A DNA stretch of 64,000 nucleotides, from the NCBI GenBank assembly GCA_000092065.1, contig CP000582.1; one strand, given 5' to 3'. The notes under the pieces were generated by a model. It saw nothing but the letters and a program-made list of their open reading frames with translations. It made no database searches and had not been told where the DNA came from. This DNA comes from Ostreococcus lucimarinus. Its lineage: Eukaryota. Below, one piece after another: positions 40,994 through 54,600 of the stretch; within the stretch, counting starts at the first letter, position 1, and each line of letters starts with the position of its first letter. The position numbers were made by a program, and so were the translations under genes.

Positions 40994-42454
40994 CTAATCA
41001 AAAAAGCTATGGCTGATTGCGTCTAGTGCACTGATACGATCTTCTCGTTTGGGTGTGAGTAGCGCTGTCGCAAGCGCCCATCCCGCACCTTGTGCTGCGT
41101 CAAGTAAAGCCTCTCCCCTACAGCTTGAGCTCACGACCACACGATCATGTGTTCGCCACTCACTCAGATCATAACGATGGCGAGCAACTTCGTTCTTGAA
41201 TGTTAGTAAGCGTTCAGAATCACGGAGATACGGGAAACATAGCTGTAGCATGACGATACCCACGCTGAACATGTCGAATTTTCCAGGTTGATATATTTCC
41301 CAAAGTTCACTTAAATTGTCTGCAGTTGGTTGTGGTGCAGTCGAAGGAAGCAAATATATATCATCTGCAGAGCAGTATCTAGGGTCGGCTGGTCCTTCAC
41401 CGGGAACATAGTTTTTAGGAACTCCCAAGCACTGAGCAGCGGCACCCAGGTCGATGAACACAACTCCACCTTCTTCTGAGAAAACTATATTATCTGGCTT
41501 GATGTCTCGATGTACAATACCCACCGAATGTAAACTCTCCAAATTCTTCAGAATCGAACGCAGAACGAGTTTTATCATCTCACACTCAGTTGTACTTTGT
41601 GAAAGATTGTAAGCTTTGCGAGTAATTGTTTCGAGTGTTTCAGGTTTACGCAATGCTTCCCCAAGAGTAACCGAGCCACAGTATTCCCACATTAGCCAAA
41701 GGCCAGCTGGTAGCGTACCGTTGTAGATCTGACCTTCTTGACGCTGATCTATTTCGCAACAGCCGAAGAATCGAGCACACGATCCCTTCGCCAACTTGTG
41801 AACTGCCTCGTTCAGCTCAAGCTCTGCGTCTAAGAGCTCAGTCGCACCATACACATTTCTTTTTGCACATTTTAACACGACATCTCTTTCCTTCCACGTA
41901 CCACGGAACACAGTGCCAAAACTACCTTCACCAAGTGGTCCTGATTTTGATATTCGTATATCCTCGGGCTGCACGCCAACCGTTCGACGCAAGACAGCTG
42001 GACTATTCAACCTTTCATTTCGCTTCTTTTCCCAATAAGAGGCCATGTCTTCAGATTCTATCGAAAAAGTCTCAGGTCGTGAAAACGTGAGCTTGACTTG
42101 CACACTTTTTTGAGTAGATATGAAGGAGATGATGTCGTCGAAGTACACACCACTACAACCCGTCAAAGCGACGTTGTTTATTTCAATCGCATCAATAATA
42201 TCACCCACCGAAATAATACCACAATCAGCCGCGTGACTTCTTGGAGAGATGTCGGCAACATAAGCACCCTTATCGTCGTTCTGTGGCTGCAAAATTAAGC
42301 CCAAAGGCCTCTTCAGCGTCGTTTGAAATGACTCTTGTCTTGAGGAACCGCACGTTACACGTTTTCTACCACTGGACAACTTTTTGTTTTTCAACTGTAC
42401 TTTTTTCGATGTCGCCGCATTTACAATAGCGACTAGTGCTAAGCTGCGATTCAT
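40994..42454 (-). CDS. Ser/Thr protein kinase with N-terminal presequence-like region and a PDZ domain. Divergently transcribed from the PKS gene.
   Basis: A 486-aa ORF. The N-terminus is basic and Ser-rich (MNRSLALVAIVNAATSKKVQLKNKKLSSGRKR...). A PDZ-like segment follows (LGLILQPQNDDKGAYVADISPRSHAADCGIISVGDIIDAIEINNVALTG). The kinase domain has GEGSFGTVFRG (the Gly loop), VLKCAK (VAIK Lys), HRDIKPDNIVF (catalytic loop) and DLGAA (DFG variant). Confidence 0.85.
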   Translation of the reverse strand: MNRSLALVAIVNAATSKKVQLKNKKLSSGRKRVTCGSSRQESFQTTLKRPLGLILQPQNDDKGAYVADISPRSHAADCGIISVGDIIDAIEINNVALTGCSGVYFDDIISFISTQKSVQVKLTFSRPETFSIESEDMASYWEKKRNERLNSPAVLRRTVGVQPEDIRISKSGPLGEGSFGTVFRGTWKERDVVLKCAKRNVYGATELLDAELELNEAVHKLAKGSCARFFGCCEIDQRQEGQIYNGTLPAGLWLMWEYCGSVTLGEALRKPETLETITRKAYNLSQSTTECEMIKLVLRSILKNLESLHSVGIVHRDIKPDNIVFSEEGGVVFIDLGAAAQCLGVPKNYVPGEGPADPRYCSADDIYLLPSTAPQPTADNLSELWEIYQPGKFDMFSVGIVMLQLCFPYLRDSERLLTFKNEVARHRYDLSEWRTHDRVVVSSSCRGEALLDAAQGAGWALATALLTPKREDRISALDAISHSFFD

Positions 42455-42646
42455 CTGCGACCGGGTGCACGCGTGGATCGAAAAGCGAGCAACTGTTCAG
42501 CTGTTTTTTGCATCTTACGTTGAGGAAGGGAGGTTTCGCGGGTTCGCTTAGTTTCTTAGTCGTCTTTTCCGTCTTGTCGAAGTGCTCGACGTTAAGTAAT
42601 TTAATATATTTGACATCAGAAATAAATATTTATTTCTTGTGATATA

Positions 42647-45600
42647 GTGACATATGACATCGTATTACAACGTTTTACCCCCACTTCGCAAGGACCGACC
42701 ACCCCATATCCATGTGCTATAAAAGCTAACTCAAAATGGAAGCTCGTACGTCTGAAACGCTTGGCGCTCGAGCGTTTCCGATGTCCGATGTTAACGCGCC
42801 ACAAACCGGAGAGCGTTCAGAATGGTACGCCCCGAAATGAATCACGAATGAGCAATCTAGACACACGCGCTATGTCGAACCCTTACTTTCAGGTCGGGCG
42901 ATGGGACTGCACGGACGAGCTCGAGGGGTGTCAATTCTCCGCGCCACATACGTCGGTGTCAGTTCCTAATTTCGAAGAGATTCAGACCCTTCACTACACC
43001 TGCGTGTATGAAGTGGCGATCACGTGTACACAGCGGCATGATATGCATAACGATGAGTTCGCGCATGTACTTAGTTCTGTCATCGAGCTCGCAAATCGCG
43101 TTGACCTGACACGACTTAGGCAACATCACTCCATAGATAACTTTGCCACACACGTTCTCACTTTTCGGTTCATTCTGGACCTGTTGAGGCAAACTTATCA
43201 GGAATACATCAAAGGAAGCATAGAAAATAATTCGTTTGAGCATGTCGAATTTACTTTCAACAATTGCATGGATGGTACGCACGGAATGGCAACATGCTTT
43301 AAACCGAATAAAAAGCATAGTCACCTTTGTTACATTTTGGATATTTCGCAGGCAGAAAGAAGTTGCAATGGTCGTACTGATGACACAAAATGCGTGCACG
43401 ACAAAATTACTATGAACGATCGCGTTCTTTCCGCGGCTAAGATCCCAGACAACGCAGTGAATAAACAATTCAGTGCTAGTATACTCAATGATGTGTATGG
43501 TTTCGATTCAAGTCTGTTCCATATTTCTCAGTCGGAAACCCTCTGCATGGACCCACAACAACGACTATTACTTCTTGCAGCAGCAGACTTATACCTGAGT
43601 AACACACGTGTTTGTCAACACGACGACTCCTTCTGCGTGCACGTCGGTGTATCGTGGAATGACTTTGAGGAAATTCGCAGAAAGTATAGTGCAGACTTTT
43701 TCTCCACTTATGATTCGACGGGAACATCAATAAGTGTCGCATCGGGTAGAATTGCGTATTATTTTGATTTCAAAGGGTGTGCTGTGACGATTGATACGGC
43801 TTGTTCATCATCTTTGGTTGCGTTGCATCAATCCATGTACGCAGCTGGCTCGCTCCGTGAATCAAGTGCACTTGTATGTGGCATCAACTTGATTTTGACA
43901 ACCACGATGACACATCGATTTCAGCTTGCTGGAATGATGTCTTCAGAGCATCGATGTATGACATTTGATGCACGCGCGGATGGCTACGTCCGGAGTGAGG
44001 CATGCAACATCGTACTCTTACACTTCAATGGCTTCACAAAAACTCATAGGAATGTACTGCGGCATGACGTTCATATGTCATGCGTCGTCAATCAAGATGG
44101 AACATCAACTGGACTTACGGCACCTAATGGAACAGCTCAGCGGAACCTGATGAATGAGTTACTATCGGACGTTTATAACCCTTCAAAACACGTTGGTGCT
44201 AAAATACATGCCCACGGCACAGGTACGCCTCTTGGGGATCCGATAGAGGTGTTTGCTATCAATTCTGCCCTCTCGTTTTCGTCACTGTGCAGGCTGTATG
44301 TGTCAGAAAAGTCGATGCGAGGGCACACAGAACCTGCTTCAGGTCTATGCAGCACCATACTTGCTTTCGTATCAGGTGCACAGTGCAAGCTACATGGTCA
44401 ACCACATTTACAGCAGTTAAACAATCATATACTAACATCGGTTGATGAAAGTATTTTTCAGCGTTCACTGCATTCCAGTTTTCCCTTAACTTCTATGGCG
44501 AGTGTCACCACAGTAAGCTCCTTCGCGTTCCAAGGGACGAACGCAATGGCTTCACTGACATATATCGACAAATGCAGTATTAGAGTGATTCGCAACACGT
44601 CAGGTCTGAGATCTTTGGTCAAGTTGGAGACTGAATCCCCTGTAAGACTCCCGTACACATTTTCTTGCCTTAGCATCGTCAATGGGAAAATGATACAGCT
44701 AACTTCAATGATTCACGACAAAACATTGAAGCGACTTTTGGATCATCGTGTAGCTGATATGCATCTTATGCCAGCCACAGGCCATCTTGAACTTGAAAGA
44801 GAGCTCACGAAGTGCGCTCTCGTAAGGAATGAACCATATCTTCTGACAAAGATCGCATTTATGCTGCCTCTCAAGCTTGATGAAAGCAATCAACTTATCA
44901 CAGAGATGAACACACATGGTCGCTTACGCGTTGGATGTGGCTCTGGCATATCCAATTACTGGTGTAGTACTGCACGACTTCAAATACCAGTAGGACGTGC
45001 CTGGTGCACGGACCGTACTTTTTATCTGACTAGTAAACTCGTTTCTCGGCGTTTCAAAGGTGCGACCGCAACAATAGCAGGGACGACGCCAATTCTCGAT
45101 TCACAAAATGTCGTGAATCCGTGTATCCAGGATGCGAGTCTACAATGCTCTGCATACGTCTTGAACACGTCAGCTTTCGCATCTGATACAACCTACATGG
45201 ACTGCGTATCGTTACTTAAGCTACCAACAACAATTCAAGACGTCATAGTTGTTAATCAGACAGGAAAAATACTTGTTAGATCGACGCATGTTGACATGTT
45301 GCAGAAGACGCAGCATGTGACTGAAAGTAATAACTCTGTCACAAGTAACTCTTCGAGTAACAATAAAACGCAGACATGGATACATCGTTTACTGTGTAAA
45401 GTATCAACCGTACGGATGAAAGCTGGCTTACGCACTCGCACATGCTTGGAACTCGCGAGATTGTTGTACCACGCGAGACAACAAAGAGTGCTGATATCAA
45501 ATATGCAAAACTTGCGTGAAGTAGGCAGTTTACATGCTCCAGAACTGATGCCCATCATGCGCGAAATGGGTCGTAAGTCAATGCAAGATATTAATTCGGC

Positions 45601-48600
45601 TAGTGCCTCTCTTTGCGCGGTTGCGCTGCTGCAGGCTTGCGGCGCTCGTGCGCGCGTTTCCGGCGCCCACGTGCGTGCAAACGACATCGTCCACGAGGAC
45701 GCTTCGGCCGCGCCCGCAGTCTGTGGATCGTGCGTGCGCGCCACCGTGCAATCTTCCGCGCAGGAACGCAGCGAGCCATTGGTGCTGAGTGTCGCGAGCG
45801 CCCCGCACACCGCGCCAGCCCGAGCGTTGCGATCGATCGCCGCCGGGGCGTCGATCGCCGGGGCGCTGTGCGTTGAGCGGCTGCTTCCGGCGTTCGGTCG
45901 CCGGACGCCCGCCGCGTCGCGCGACGGCGCGGCGACGACCACGGCGTCGCCGGCACCGAAAGTCTCGAGCGTGTTCGTGACTGGCGGTCTGGGCGCGTTG
46001 GGTCAGACTTCGGCGGCGTGGTACGCGCATCGAGGCGTTCGCCACGCCTACTTGACTGGTCGCCGCGGGCGCGGAGAGTCCCTTCTGCTGCGATGGTCGT
46101 CGCGCGGCGGTACCGACGTGAGCGCATTGCACGTGCTTCGCGTCGACGCGTGTGCGACCGACGAGGCGTCGTACGGCGGTGCGCGCGCGCACGCGCGCGT
46201 GCGCGCACACGGCGTGCTGCACGCGGGCGGCGTGCTACGCGACTCTTTGACTGCTCGCCAATCCGCGTCGGCCCATCGATACGTGTGGTCGTCCAAAGTA
46301 GTGTCCGCGCACGCATTGCTCCGCCAGTGCGTCGGCGTCGAGCGCGGCGCGCGTCACATCGCGCTGTTCTCGTCGGTGGCGGCGCTGCTGGGGAGTCCAG
46401 GGCAATGCAACTACAGCGCGGCCAACGCCGCGCTGGACGCGCGAGCCGCACACGAGTGGTGCCGCGGGTACGCGGTGCAATCCGTGCAGTGGGGCGCGTG
46501 GGACGGCGCGGGAATGGCGCTGACAAACGCGTCTGTACTCAGGAACGCGCGCACGACAGGCATCGGCGTGCTCGATCCGCAAGCCGGGCTCGGGGCCGTA
46601 CACGTCGCGCTTCAGGGCGCATCAGTGACGGGTCGCTGGCGGGCAATCCAAGGCGTCCTGGCCGTCGTCCCGTTCCAGTGGTCCGTGCTCGCGCGCGCGC
46701 AGCGCTCGCGCGCGCTGATTGCGGAGTACCGCGCGGAGTCGGCGCGGTCGAGCGCTCCAGTCGCCGTCCATCCGGGCGCCGAGGAAGACGCGGCGCGCGA
46801 TGTGTCAGATGAGAGCGTGCGGCAGATCGTGGCCTCCGCCGTGACGCGCGCGCTCGGCAGAGACGTGTCGGTGGACGCGTCGCTCATGGAAGAGGGCCTA
46901 GACTCGCTCGCGGCGGTCGAGCTCGGAGGGGCGTTACAAAAGGAAACGGGCGTGAACATGCCGGCCACGCTGGCATTTGACTACCCGACGATCACCGCGA
47001 TATCTGGGTACCTGAAGGGTGCGATGCTGGCGCGATCGCGTGCGCGCCAATCGAGCGGCGCGGCGTCCAGCGCCGCTCGCACGCGCGCCGCGAGCGGCGC
47101 GGTCGCGCATTCGCGCGACTCGATGCCAGGTATTGCATCCAACGCGCGCGAAATCTTGGGTCTTGCGCCCGTTGTTATGGCCATCAGACGGAGCGTGCGA
47201 CGACTCGACGCGGATGATCGAGAGCCAAAGCCTGCTCGACATGGCGGCTCGGCGTTGTTTTCATCGTTCGTGAGGTGCGTCATGGCAGAGCGAGCCTCTG
47301 AAGATCGCTTCGACACGCCATCGTTGGGCAGGCAGCCGAGCGCGACAGCGCGCGTGGTCTCCTTGACGAAAGCCAGAGATTTCACTACACAAGCTCTCGA
47401 CAGCATGCCGAAATGCAACGAGATTGAGCTGAGCGTCGTCAGCGCTGTGTCGAGTAAGGCATCAGGCGCGCACGATGCCGTGCGTGTGAACAACATGCGA
47501 CATGCGTGCGGCGAAGTGTGTGATCCACAAAGCTCAAAATCGCACGAGTTCGTCGCTCGGCGTCTTGTGCAGTTTGGGTACTTCATCGAGCGCAGCTTGT
47601 TTGACGGGGAGCAGTTCTCCGTAACGGCGCACGAGGCGCGGTTGATGGACCCGCAGCAGCGCGTGCTCCTGGAGAACGCGCTCGCCGCGACGAGTGCGAC
47701 GCCGCACAGCGCGCCGAAGCCAGCCACAGCCGTGTCCGTCGGCGCTTGGACGTCTCAGTACGCAGACATGTGCCGCGTGTACGAGCCAACGCCGGGGCCG
47801 TACTCTGGCGTTGCTTCCGCCTTGAGCGTGCTGTGCGGTCGCGTATCGTACACGTTTGGTATGCGTGGCCCGTCCGTGTGTGTCGACACCGCGTGCTCCT
47901 CCTCGCTCGTGGCCGCGCATGTTGCGAGCTCTCACTTGCGCGATGGATCGTGCGAGGACGCCCTCGTCGCCGGCGTGAGCGTGAACGTCGGCATCGGCAC
48001 CTTCCTCGTGGCCACCGCCGCGAGCATGCTATCGTTCGATGGTCGGTGCAAAACCTTGGATGCCAGCGCCGACGGTTACGCCAAGGGCGAGTGCTGCGTG
48101 GTCCTGCGCGTGTCGGTGGACGGGGCGAGCGCTGGAGCGCCCAAAGCGCCCGATCTTCCAAACGCCGAGTCTCCCTCTCTCGCTCTTCTCGAACAGACCG
48201 GTGTGAACCAGGATGGACGGTCGAGCTCGCTCACCGCACCAAACGGGCCGTCGCAGCAGGCACTCGTGGCCGATGCGCTTCTCCGCTCGGGGCTGCACGG
48301 CGACGCGCTCGGCAGGCTGGAGATGCACGGCACGGGTACTTCGCTGGGAGATCCGATAGAGGTCGGCGCCGCGCTTGAGGTTCTCGCGCCGCCGACGCGC
48401 GCGGACCGGGCGCCGTCCAGGGGCCCCGCGCTCACGCTTGAGGGCGTGAAGCCACGCGCTGGCCACTGCGAACCAGGGGCTGGCGCGGTTGGGTTGCTGT
48501 TTGCGATGGCAAACTTGACGGAGCGAGCCGTCGCGTCCCTCGTCCACCTGCGCCAGCTCAACCCTCACGTCGAGGCCGCGACGCGCCGAAACGCACCGTC

Positions 48601-51600
48601 GCCGCATGCGCGCGCGCCGGTGCTCGCGCGACAAGGCATGCCGCGACCGGATGACGGCGCGTCTGAGGCTGGAGCAGCGGACGCTGCTCGAGCGCGCGTG
48701 CGGCGATCCGGCGTGAGCGGCTTCGCGTTCCAGGGCACAAACGCGCACGCAATCATGGCCCGGGGACCCGGACAGGCGACTGCGCCCGGGTACACGGGAA
48801 GCACGCACACGGCGGCGCGTGCGTGGGAGCGTCAGCGCCACTGGTGCGCGCCAGAACGGCACTGCCTCATCGAGTCCGTGCGCGCTCTGCATCCTCGCGA
48901 GGGAGACTCGAGCGCGTTGGCGCGGTCGTGCGTGCGCCTGTGTCGGTCCGCGTCGCTCGCTGGCATGCTTGATCACGCCGTCGGGCTCCGGACGCTGCTA
49001 CCAGGCACAGCGCACGTCGAGATATGTCGAGCCATGGCGGGCGCGCTGGCAGACCAGCCGCTCGCCGACATCTCGCTGTCGCACGTATCTTTTGCAGCGC
49101 CCCTCGAGCTTCGAGCGCCGACGACCGACGTGCTGTGCGACGTCACGCCGCAAGGCGTGGCCCGCGTGGGCGTGCGCGTGTCGTCGTCCTCTGCCGCCGC
49201 GCCGTTCCTCGCGGGCGCGCTCAGCCGCAGAAGCGCCTCAAGAATTACTGCGTCTCCGGCGCACCTCTCGCGAGGACCGGCGATGCCCGCGCTGGACGTG
49301 CAGCCTTGTGTTCACGGCGCGAGCTGGCTGCGCTCGTCGCAGCGACGAGGCCCGGGCGCGGAGCACCGCGTGTACGGCGACATACGCGCGCGTCAGATGT
49401 CCACGCTGTCGGCTGCGGCGTATCACTCGCCGCCCGCAGTGCTCGATGCCGCGCTGCACGCGCTCAGCGCGTGCGCGCCGCCGCCGGGTAGCGATGCGAC
49501 AGAAGAGAGCCCGCACGTCCCGGCCACGATCGGCGGCGTCCGCACGCGAGGCGGGCACTCGGACATATACCGCGCCCGGTTCGCGCTCGCGACGGCTCCG
49601 CCTGAGCGCGGGGAGCGGAACGCGTCCACGCGCAGATCTCGTCACCACCTGTGGGACTGGTCGAGTCTTTCGGCGGCGCATCGAGGGTGCGTGGTGCACG
49701 CGCTGGAGTCTCGACGACTCGGTGGCGCCGCGGTCGTGCGCTCGCGAGCACAACAGCGCTCGAGGGCACCGCCGCCGCGTCGCGCGGCCGCGCCGCGTGT
49801 GCTTTATGGAGTCGGGCAACAGCGCGCGTGCGGCGCGGCGGATGGCCAGGGCGCGCGTCGACGCTCAACCCTCAACTCGCAGTGCTTTGTGGACGACGCG
49901 TCGCACCGCCGCGAGCTGATGGAGACCCACGCGTCACCATCGATCGCGCAAGGCAGCACGCGAAGCAGCACGCGCGCCTCTCTTTGCGCGGTTGCGCTGC
50001 TGCAGGCTTGCGGCGCTCGTGCGCGCGTTTCCGGCGCCCACGTGCGTGCAAACGACATCGTCCACGAGGACGCTTCGGCCGCGCCCGCAGTCTGTGGATC
50101 GTGCGTGCGCGCCACCGTGCAGTCTTCCGCGCAGGAACGCAGCGAGCCATTGGTGCTGAGTGTCGCGAGCGCCCCGCACACCGCGCCAGCCCGAGCGTTG
50201 CGATCGATCGCCGCCGGGGCGTCGATCGCCGGGGCGCTGTGCGTTGAGCGTCTGCTTCCGACGTTCGGTCGCCGGACGCCCGCCGCGTCGCGCGACGGCG
50301 CGGCGACGACCACGGCGTCGCCGGCACCGAAAGTCTCGAGCGTGTTCGTGACTGGCGGTCTGGGCGCGTTGGGTCAGACTTCGGCGGCGTGGTACGCGCA
50401 TCGAGGCGTTCGCCACGCCTACTTGACTGGTCGCCGCGGGCGCGGAGAGTCCCTTCTGCTGCGATGGTCGTCGCGCGGCGGTACCGACGTGAGCGCATTG
50501 CACGTGCTTCGCGTCGACGCGTGTGCGACCGACGAGGCGTCGTACGGCGGTGCGCGCGCGCACGCGCGCGTGCGCGCACACGGCGTGCTGCACGCGGGCG
50601 GCGTGCTACGCGACTCTTTGACTGCTCGCCAATCCGCGTCGGCCCATCGATACGTGTGGTCGTCCAAAGTAGTGTCCGCGCACGCATTGCTCCGCCAGTG
50701 CGTCGGCGTCGAGCGCGGCGCGCGTCACATCGCGCTGTTCTCGTCGGTGGCGGCGCTGCTGGGGAGTCCAGGGCAATGCAACTACAGCGCGGCCAACGCC
50801 GCGCTGGACGCGCGAGCCGCACACGAGTGGTGCCGCGGGTACGCGGTGCAATCCGTGCAGTGGGGCGCGTGGGACGGCGCGGGAATGGCGCTGACAAACG
50901 CGTCTGTACTCAGGAACGCGCGCACGACAGGCATCGGCGTGCTCGATCCGCAAGCCGGGCTCGGGGCCGTACACGTCGCGCTTCAGGGCGCATCAGTGAC
51001 GGGTCGCTGGCGGGCAATCCAAGGCGTCCTGGCCGTCGTCCCGTTCCAGTGGTCCGTGCTCGCGCGCGCGCAGCGCTCGCGCGCGCTGATTGCGGAGTAC
51101 CGCGCGGAGTCGGCGCGGTCGAGCGCTCCAGTCGCCGTCCATCCGGGCGCCGAGGAAGACGCGGCGCGCGATGTGTCAGATGAGAGCGTGCGGCAGATCG
51201 TGGCCTCCGCCGTGACGCGCGCGCTCGGCAGAGACGTGTCGGTGGACGCGTCGCTCATGGAAGAGGGCCTAGACTCGCTCGCGGCGGTCGAGCTCGGAGG
51301 GGCGTTACAAAAGGAAACGGGCGTGAACATGCCGGCCACGCTGGCATTTGACTACCCGACGATCACCGCGATATCTGGGTACCTGAAGGGTGCGATGCTG
51401 GCGCGATCGCGTGCGCGCCAATCGAGCGGCGCGGCGTCCAGCGCCGCTCGCACGCGCGCCGCGAGCGGCGCGGTCGCGCATTCGCGACGTACAACCATTA
51501 CTCAGCTCCCTCGTCTACGTCTATCATACGTTCCGCATGAAGTCAGCCGACGAACGACTCTTGGCATTAGCGGTCAATATTCTCACGAGCTTAGACACTT

Positions 51601-54600
51601 TAGCTCTGCGGGACCTTCGACCAGTAACTTTGAGGGAGTCCTCTTTGTTCGCATTCATAACTCCACCAAGCCCTTACCCGTGCATCCATATTTCATTGGC
51701 AACTTTTTGCGTTGTGACGAACTCGAGTTCGGCTTGTTTGGCGCACCGCACAGCGAATGGACTACTCTGGACGCGCGGCAGATTCTCTTGATTGAGAGTG
51801 TACACACTATCCAGCTGAACAACAGTTCAGACGTTTCATTGCGCACTCTAGAGACGACGGCTGTTCTTGTTGGAGCACAAGCGGTAGATTCAACTGACGA
51901 GCATAGCGTTGAGATACAGTACAACGCCTACTCTGGCGTTGCTTCCGCCTTGAGCGTGCTGTGCGGTCGCGTATCGTACACGTTTGGTATGCGTGGCCCG
52001 TCCGTGTGTGTCGACACCGCGTGCTCCTCCTCGCTCGTGGCCGCGCATGTTGCGAGCTCTCACTTGCGCGATGGATCGTGCGAGGACGCCCTCGTCGCCG
52101 GCGTGAGCGTGAACGTCGGCATCGGCACCTTCCTCGTGGCCACCGCCGCGAGCATGCTATCGTTCGATGGTCGGTGCAAAACCTTGGATGCCAGCGCCGA
52201 CGGTTACGCCAAGGGCGAGTGCTGCGTGGTCCTGCGCGTGTCGGTGGACGGGGCGAGCGCTGGAGCGCCCAAAGCGCCCGATCTTCCAAACGCCGAGTCT
52301 CCCTCTCTCGCTCTTCTCGAACAGACCGGTGTGAACCAGGATGGACGGTCGAGCTCGCTCACCGCACCAAACGGGCCGTCGCAGCAGGCACTCGTGGCCG
52401 ATGCGCTTCTCCGCTCGGGGCTGCACGGCGACGCGCTCGGCAGGCTGGAGATGCACGGCACGGGTACTTCGCTGGGAGATCCGATAGAGGTCGGCGCCGC
52501 GCTTGAGGTTCTCGCGCCGCCGACGCGCGCGGACCGGGCGCCGTCCAGGGGCCCCGCGCTCACGCTTGAGGGCGTGAAGCCACGCGCTGGCCACTGCGAA
52601 CCAGGGGCTGGCGCGGTTGGGTTGCTGTTTGCGATGGCAAACTTGACGGAGCGAGCCGTCGCGTCCCTCGTCCACCTGCGCCAGCTCAACCCTCACGTCG
52701 AGGCCGCGACGCGCCGAAACGCACCGTCGCCGCATGCGCGCGCGCCGGTGCTCGCGCGACAAGGCATGCCGCGACCGGATGACGGCGCGTCTGAGGCTGG
52801 AGCAGCGGACGCTGCTCGAGCGCGCGTGCGGCGATCCGGCGTGAGCGGCTTCGCGTTCCAGGGCACAAACGCGCACGCAATCATGGCCCGGGGACCCGGA
52901 CAGGCGACTGCGCCCGGGTACACGGGAAGCACGCACACGGCGGCGCGTGCGTGGGAGCGTCAGCGCCACTGGTGCGCGCCAGAACGGCACTGCCTCATCG
53001 AGTCCGTGCGCGCTCTTCATCCTCGCGAGGGAGACTCGAGCGCGTTGGCGCGGTCGTGCGTGCGCCTGTGTCGGTCCGCGTCGCTCGCTGGCATGCTTGA
53101 TCACGCCATCGGGCTCCGGACGCTACTACCAGGCACAGCGCACGTCGAGATATGTCGAGCCATGGCGGGCGCGCTGGCAGACCAGCCGCTCGCCGACATC
53201 TCGCTGTCGCACGTATCTTTTGCAGCGCCCCTCGAGCTTCGAGCGCCGACGACCGACGTGCTGTGCGACGTCACGCCGCAAGGCGTGGCCCGCGTGGGCG
53301 TGCGCGTGTCGTCGTCCTCTGCCGCCGCGCCGTTCCTCGCGGGCGCGCTCAGCCGCAGAAGCGCCTCAAGAATTACTGCGTCTCCGGCGCACCTCTCGCG
53401 AGGACCGGCGATGCCCGCGCTGGACGTGCAGCCTTGTGTTCACGGCGCCATCAGACGGAGCGTGCGACGACTCGACGCGGATGATCGAGAGCCAAAGCCT
53501 GCTCGACATGGCGGCTCGGCGTTGTTTTCATCGTTCGTGAGGTGCGTCATGGCAGAGCGAGCCTCTGAAGATCGCTTCGACACGCCATCGTTGGGCAGGC
53601 AGCCGAGCGCGACAGCGCGCGTGGTCTCCTTGACGAAAGCCAGAGATTTCACTACACAAGCTCTCGACAGCATGCCGAAATGCAACGAGATTGAGCTGAG
53701 CGTCGTCAGCGCTGTGTCGAGTAAGGCATCAGGCGCGCACGATGCTGTGCGTGTGAACAACATGCGACATGCGTGCGGCGAAGTGTGTGATCCACAAAGC
53801 TCAAAATCGCACGAGTTCGTCGCTCGGCATCTTGTGCAGTTTGGGTACTTCATCGAGCGCAGCTTGTTTGACGGGGAGCAGTTCTCCGTAACGGCGCACG
53901 AGGCGCGGTTGATGGACCCGCAGCAGCGCGTGCTCCTGGAGAACGCGCTCGCCGCGACGAGCGCGACGCCGCACAGCGCGCCGAAGCCAGCCACAGCCGT
54001 GTCCGTCGGCGCTTGGACGTCTCAGTACGCAGACATGTGCCGCGTGTACGAGCCAACGCCGGGGCCGTACTCTGGCGTTGCTTCCGCCTTGAGCGTGCTG
54101 TGCGGTCGCGTATCGTACACGTTTGGTATGCGTGGCCCGTCCGTGTGTGTCGACACCGCGTGCTCCTCCTCGCTCGTGGCCGCGCATGTTGCGAGCTCTC
54201 ACTTGCGCGATGGATCGTGCGAGGACGCCCTCGTCGCCGGCGTGAGCGTGAACGTCGGCATCGGCACCTTCCTCGTGGCCACCGCCGCGAGCATGCTATC
54301 GTTCGATGGTCGGTGCAAAACCTTGGATGCCAGCGCCGACGGTTACGCCAAGGGCGAGTGCTGCGTGGTCCTGCGCGTGTCGGTGGACGGGGCGAGCGCT
54401 GGAGCGCCCAAAGCGCCCGATCTTCCAAACGCCGAGTCTCCCTCTCTCGCTCTTCTCGAACAGACCGGTGTGAACCAGGATGGACGGTCGAGCTCGCTCA
54501 CCGCACCAAACGGGCCGTCGCAGCAGGCACTCGTGGCCGATGCGCTTCTCCGCTCGGGGCTGCACGGCGACGCGCTCGGCAGGCTGGAGATGCACGGCAC

